In this document: in pieces, positions 60,588-64,000 of the stretch
Position numbering within the stretch: the stretch's first letter is position 1
Layout: each line of letters opens with the position of its first letter
Source: Methanocaldococcus indicus
Lineage (GTDB): Archaea; AGJL01; Methanococci; Methanococcales; Methanocaldococcaceae
Length of the DNA stretch: 64,000 bases
Direction of reading: 5' to 3'
NCBI RefSeq assembly: GCF_049554935.1
Contig: NZ_CP186926.1
Location: 704,001-768,000 of the forward strand
Notes under the pieces: model-generated
Told to the model about the DNA's origin: nothing
Seen by the model: the letters and a program-made list of their open reading frames with translations, nothing else
Database searches by the model: none
Position numbers and translations under genes: made by a program

Positions 60588-61442
60588 ATGTGTGAGAATG
60601 TGGATATTTTAAAAAATTTGCCAATAACAGACAATCATATTCATGTTGATGATAAAAATGGTTATGGAGCTGAGAAGGTAGCTAAAACATTTTACAATGC
60701 TGGAGGAAAAGTAATGATTGTTTTAAATAAACCAACATTTGATTTAAACCTAACAAAGTCAATGGACATCTTAATTAAAGATGTAGAAAAAATAAATAAA
60801 AATACTTCTGTTAAAGCTTTTGGTTTGGTTGGTGTGCATCCTGCTGAACTAACTTATTTAATGAAATTTATGAGTTTAGAAGAAGCAAAAAATAAAATCA
60901 TAGATGCTTTAAATTATGCAAAAAAACTTGTTGAGGAACATGATTTTATTGTAGGGATTGGTGAAGTAGGAAGACCACACTATCCTGTAAGTGAAGAAGT
61001 TTGGAAAGTATCAAATGAGATTTTAAAATATTGTATGGAATTAGCAAAAGATGTTGGTTGTGCTATTCAGATACATGCTGAAAGCTCAAATGAAGAACAA
61101 TTTAAAGAGTTTTATAATATGGCCAAAGAAGCTGGTTTAAATCCTGAAAGAGTTGTTAAGCATCACTGTGGAGATATGGTTTTAGAAGGAGAGAAATACA
61201 AAATTTTTCCTTCAATTTTAGCTACAAGAGTTAAAGAGGATATTATAAAAAAATCTCTAAGGTTTGTAATGGAAACTGACTATATAGATGATTTAAGAAG
61301 GCCAGGAGTTGTTTTAGGAATCAAAACTGTTCCAAGAGTTACAAGGAAACTTTTAGAAAAAGGAATATTAAATGAAGATATGGTCTATAAAATACATAAA
61401 GAAAATATTGAAAAGATTTATAATATTGACTTAGAATTTTAA
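60588..61442 (+). CDS. TatD-family hydrolase
   Basis: DNHIH, GVHP, IGEVG, QIH, METD. Confidence 0.9.
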   Translation: MCENVDILKNLPITDNHIHVDDKNGYGAEKVAKTFYNAGGKVMIVLNKPTFDLNLTKSMDILIKDVEKINKNTSVKAFGLVGVHPAELTYLMKFMSLEEAKNKIIDALNYAKKLVEEHDFIVGIGEVGRPHYPVSEEVWKVSNEILKYCMELAKDVGCAIQIHAESSNEEQFKEFYNMAKEAGLNPERVVKHHCGDMVLEGEKYKIFPSILATRVKEDIIKKSLRFVMETDYIDDLRRPGVVLGIKTVPRVTRKLLEKGILNEDMVYKIHKENIEKIYNIDLEF

Positions 61443-61447
61443 AAATT

Positions 61448-61672
61448 TTAATAATTTATAGTGAGATTAGACAATTTATTAGAATATGTATTTGATAAAT
61501 TAGCCAAAGCTTGAATTGTTCTATTATATGTTCTTTCTACATCTTTATGGGGAATATCTAAATAATGTTTTAAATAAAAATAAGCTGAAACTGAACTAAC
61601 AATAACAAAAGCTAAAACTAAAATCCCAATTTCCATACTAATTTGTCCTCTATTTGAGAATATTACTTTTTT
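61448..61672 (-). CDS. Class III signal peptide (pilin-like) protein; 5' end frameshifted or atypical
   Basis: In frame upstream of ATG 61636: KKVIFSNRG|QISMEIGILVLAFVIV; in-frame TAA at 61673-61675. Confidence 0.7.
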   Translation of the reverse strand, partial: KKVIFSNRGQISMEIGILVLAFVIVSSVSAYFYLKHYLDIPHKDVERTYNRTIQALANLSNTYSNKLSNLTINY

Positions 61673-61688
61673 TTATAATAGTGGTCAC

Positions 61689-63302
61689 CTACATAACATA
61701 CCTCTTTCTCTTTTCTACATCCTCCATTAGTTTTAATATCTCATCAATATTCTTAATTTCTTCTTTATAACCTTTTAAAAACTTATCCCAAATCTCTTCA
61801 AATCTATAATAATGTGTCGATTGTAAAGCTTTTTTAAACACTATTAAATCAATAGCTTTATCCTCATCTATATCAGTTATTTTAGCTAAACCAAAATCAA
61901 TAATATATAGTTGATTATCTTTAACAATTACATTTGATGTTGTTAAATCATTATGAACTATATTGTTTTTATGAAGAGTACCAATAACTTTCCCTAATTT
62001 ATAAGCTAATTCTATATCTTTCTCAATTATATCTTTTAAAACTTTTCCTTTAATATATTCAATAACCATTTTTTTATTTTCTAAATCAACATCAAATACA
62101 TAAGGAGTTTTTACATCTAAATCTTTAACTAATGCTAATAACTTAGCTTCTCTATTTGTCCTTCCTTTTCTTAATCTTTCATCTAAATCTTTATGTCTAT
62201 AACTCTTCTTTATTCTCTCTTTAATAACAACATCATAGTAATCTAAATATTTCTCCTTCCTAATATTTGCCTCTGCACCTTTTCCTATCAACTCTTTAGG
62301 TAATTCTCTCTTTTTTCCTTTAATATTTTTTATCCAAACAACATCAACCATATCTGTCCTATAATAAGGCATAATTTTAGTATCTTCTAAATTCATTCTT
62401 TTTCCTGCTTTATACTCTAAAATTCCTAACCAAGCTATCATAACTCCATTATCTCCACACACCTCTCTTGGAGGAATATAAAAATCAGCCCCCTGCTCTT
62501 TTGCCATTTCTTTAATCATCTCTTGTAATCTTTTATTTACAGCAACTCCTCCTACTAATAAAACCTCTCCTTTATTTGTGTGAGATAAAGCTCTTTCAGT
62601 TATTTCTGTAAGCATTGCAAAGGCATACTCTTGTAAAGAAAAACAGACATCTTCCTTACTTTCCCCACTATCATAAGCATTCTTGCAAGCTGTCAATAAT
62701 CCTGAAAAGGCAACATCCATACCTTTAACAGTGTAAGGTAATTCTAACAATTTTTTTCCTTTTTTTGCTAATTCCTCAATATATGGCCCTCCTGGATGAG
62801 GAAGAGATAAATGCCTTGCAAGTTGGTCTAAACAATTACCAACAGCTATATCCAAAGTTTCTCCAAAAACTCTATATTTATTTGAAACATAAGCTATAAC
62901 TTGGGTGTTTCCTCCACTTACATATAGTGTTAGTGGGTCTTCACACTTTGTTGTTAGCTTTCCTATCTCTATATGGGATATACAATGATTTACTCCTATT
63001 ATTGGTTTATTTAATGATAAAGCTAATGCTCTTGCTGCTGTTGCAGTTACTCTTAAACTTGGACCTAATCCAGGACCTTGAGAGAATGCAATTAAATCAA
63101 TATCTTTCTTATCCACAACTTCAAAAGCTTCCTCAATTAGTTTAGGAAATGTCTCTGCATGATGGTCAGCTGCTTTCCTTGGATTTATTCCTTGCTTTGG
63201 TGGAGTGTAAATAACTGACTTATTAAATAAAATCTCTCCTTCATCAGTTATAATTCCAACTCCTGTCTTTTCTGCAGTCCCTTCTAAACCTAAGCATATC
63301 AT
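61689..63302 (-). CDS. Bifunctional Kae1/Bud32 (KEOPS t6A synthase/kinase)
   Basis: [24 protein letters not shown]; kinase [19 protein letters not shown]. Confidence 0.96.
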   Translation of the reverse strand: MICLGLEGTAEKTGVGIITDEGEILFNKSVIYTPPKQGINPRKAADHHAETFPKLIEEAFEVVDKKDIDLIAFSQGPGLGPSLRVTATAARALALSLNKPIIGVNHCISHIEIGKLTTKCEDPLTLYVSGGNTQVIAYVSNKYRVFGETLDIAVGNCLDQLARHLSLPHPGGPYIEELAKKGKKLLELPYTVKGMDVAFSGLLTACKNAYDSGESKEDVCFSLQEYAFAMLTEITERALSHTNKGEVLLVGGVAVNKRLQEMIKEMAKEQGADFYIPPREVCGDNGVMIAWLGILEYKAGKRMNLEDTKIMPYYRTDMVDVVWIKNIKGKKRELPKELIGKGAEANIRKEKYLDYYDVVIKERIKKSYRHKDLDERLRKGRTNREAKLLALVKDLDVKTPYVFDVDLENKKMVIEYIKGKVLKDIIEKDIELAYKLGKVIGTLHKNNIVHNDLTTSNVIVKDNQLYIIDFGLAKITDIDEDKAIDLIVFKKALQSTHYYRFEEIWDKFLKGYKEEIKNIDEILKLMEDVEKRKRYVM

Positions 63303-63371
63303 ACTATCTCACAAAATAAAATTTTAAATTTAAAAAGAAATGGGATATTTAAATTACAAAAAAATCTTTAA

Positions 63372-64000
63372 TTAAAGTTCTCCCATAATTTTTGGAAAAG
63401 CTTTCTCATAACTTTCTTTTATTTCATCTAAGTTAAGTTTAATCTCTTTATCATTAACTTTAATTTTTAATCCATAATCTTTACTTTTTACTTTTCCAAT
63501 TATATAAAATTCATCTTTAATTTTATCTAAATCTTTCTCATCTATTGCCAAAATTATTCTTCCTGATGTTTCAGAGAATAAAAGTATATCCTCCCTTAAA
63601 TTATTTTTATTGTATGATGTTAAATCTATATCTGCTCCAACATTGTAATTTAAACAAAACTTAGCTAAAGCAATAGCTAAACCTCCTCTACCACAGTCCT
63701 TAGCTCCTTTTATAACACCTTCTTCAATAAGTTCAACAACTTTGTTGTATATTCTTTTTTCTTTCTCTAAATTAACTCTTGGAACTATTCCTTCCTCAGT
63801 ATTATGGATAACTTTATAGTATTCACTTCCTCCCATTTCATCTTTTGTCTCATTTGTTATAACTAATATATCTCCTTCTTCAGGTTTTTTAAATACTCCT
63901 GGGACATTTTCAACATTCTTTATTCTTCCTATTATTGCTATTGCAGGAGTTGGATTTATTGGATACTCTTTTCCTTTTATAATACTTTCATTGTATAAAC
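63372..64000 (-). CDS. purL: Phosphoribosylformylglycinamidine synthase PurL, C-terminal part (runs off window end)
   Basis: LYNE..PINPTP upstream in frame, MGGSEY, DCGRGGLA, LFSET. Confidence 0.9.
   Translation of the reverse strand, partial: LYNESIIKGKEYPINPTPAIAIIGRIKNVENVPGVFKKPEEGDILVITNETKDEMGGSEYYKVIHNTEEGIVPRVNLEKEKRIYNKVVELIEEGVIKGAKDCGRGGLAIALAKFCLNYNVGADIDLTSYNKNNLREDILLFSETSGRIILAIDEKDLDKIKDEFYIIGKVKSKDYGLKIKVNDKEIKLNLDEIKESYEKAFPKIMGEL

Overview
AT-rich archaeal chromosome segment with a GC-rich rRNA operon. Gene content (methanogenesis markers 14/16, cofE, mfnD, ehbP, pstK, triplicated ATP synthase c subunit, type M RNase P RNA) points to a hyperthermophilic Methanococcales, most likely Methanocaldococcus. 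It carries 16S-tRNA-Ala-23S-5S followed by RNase P RNA, tRNA-Leu(UAA), an A1Ao ATP synthase cluster (H-I-K-E-C-F-A-B) and about 55 mostly housekeeping CDSs. The least explained DNA is in two long intergenic regions. 43474-44000 holds a solo degenerate 36-nt CRISPR-like repeat with a leader on the minus strand, and a promoter-preceded tandem pair of hairpins with compensatory base changes (candidate sRNA). 49208-49944 holds a cas-less two-spacer CRISPR mini-array. Also seen: a pilin-like gene whose class III signal peptide is out of frame across an A8 tract, and a 59-aa membrane/coiled-coil ORF after minD that the ORF track missed. Product calls come from motif recognition only; no database search was run.
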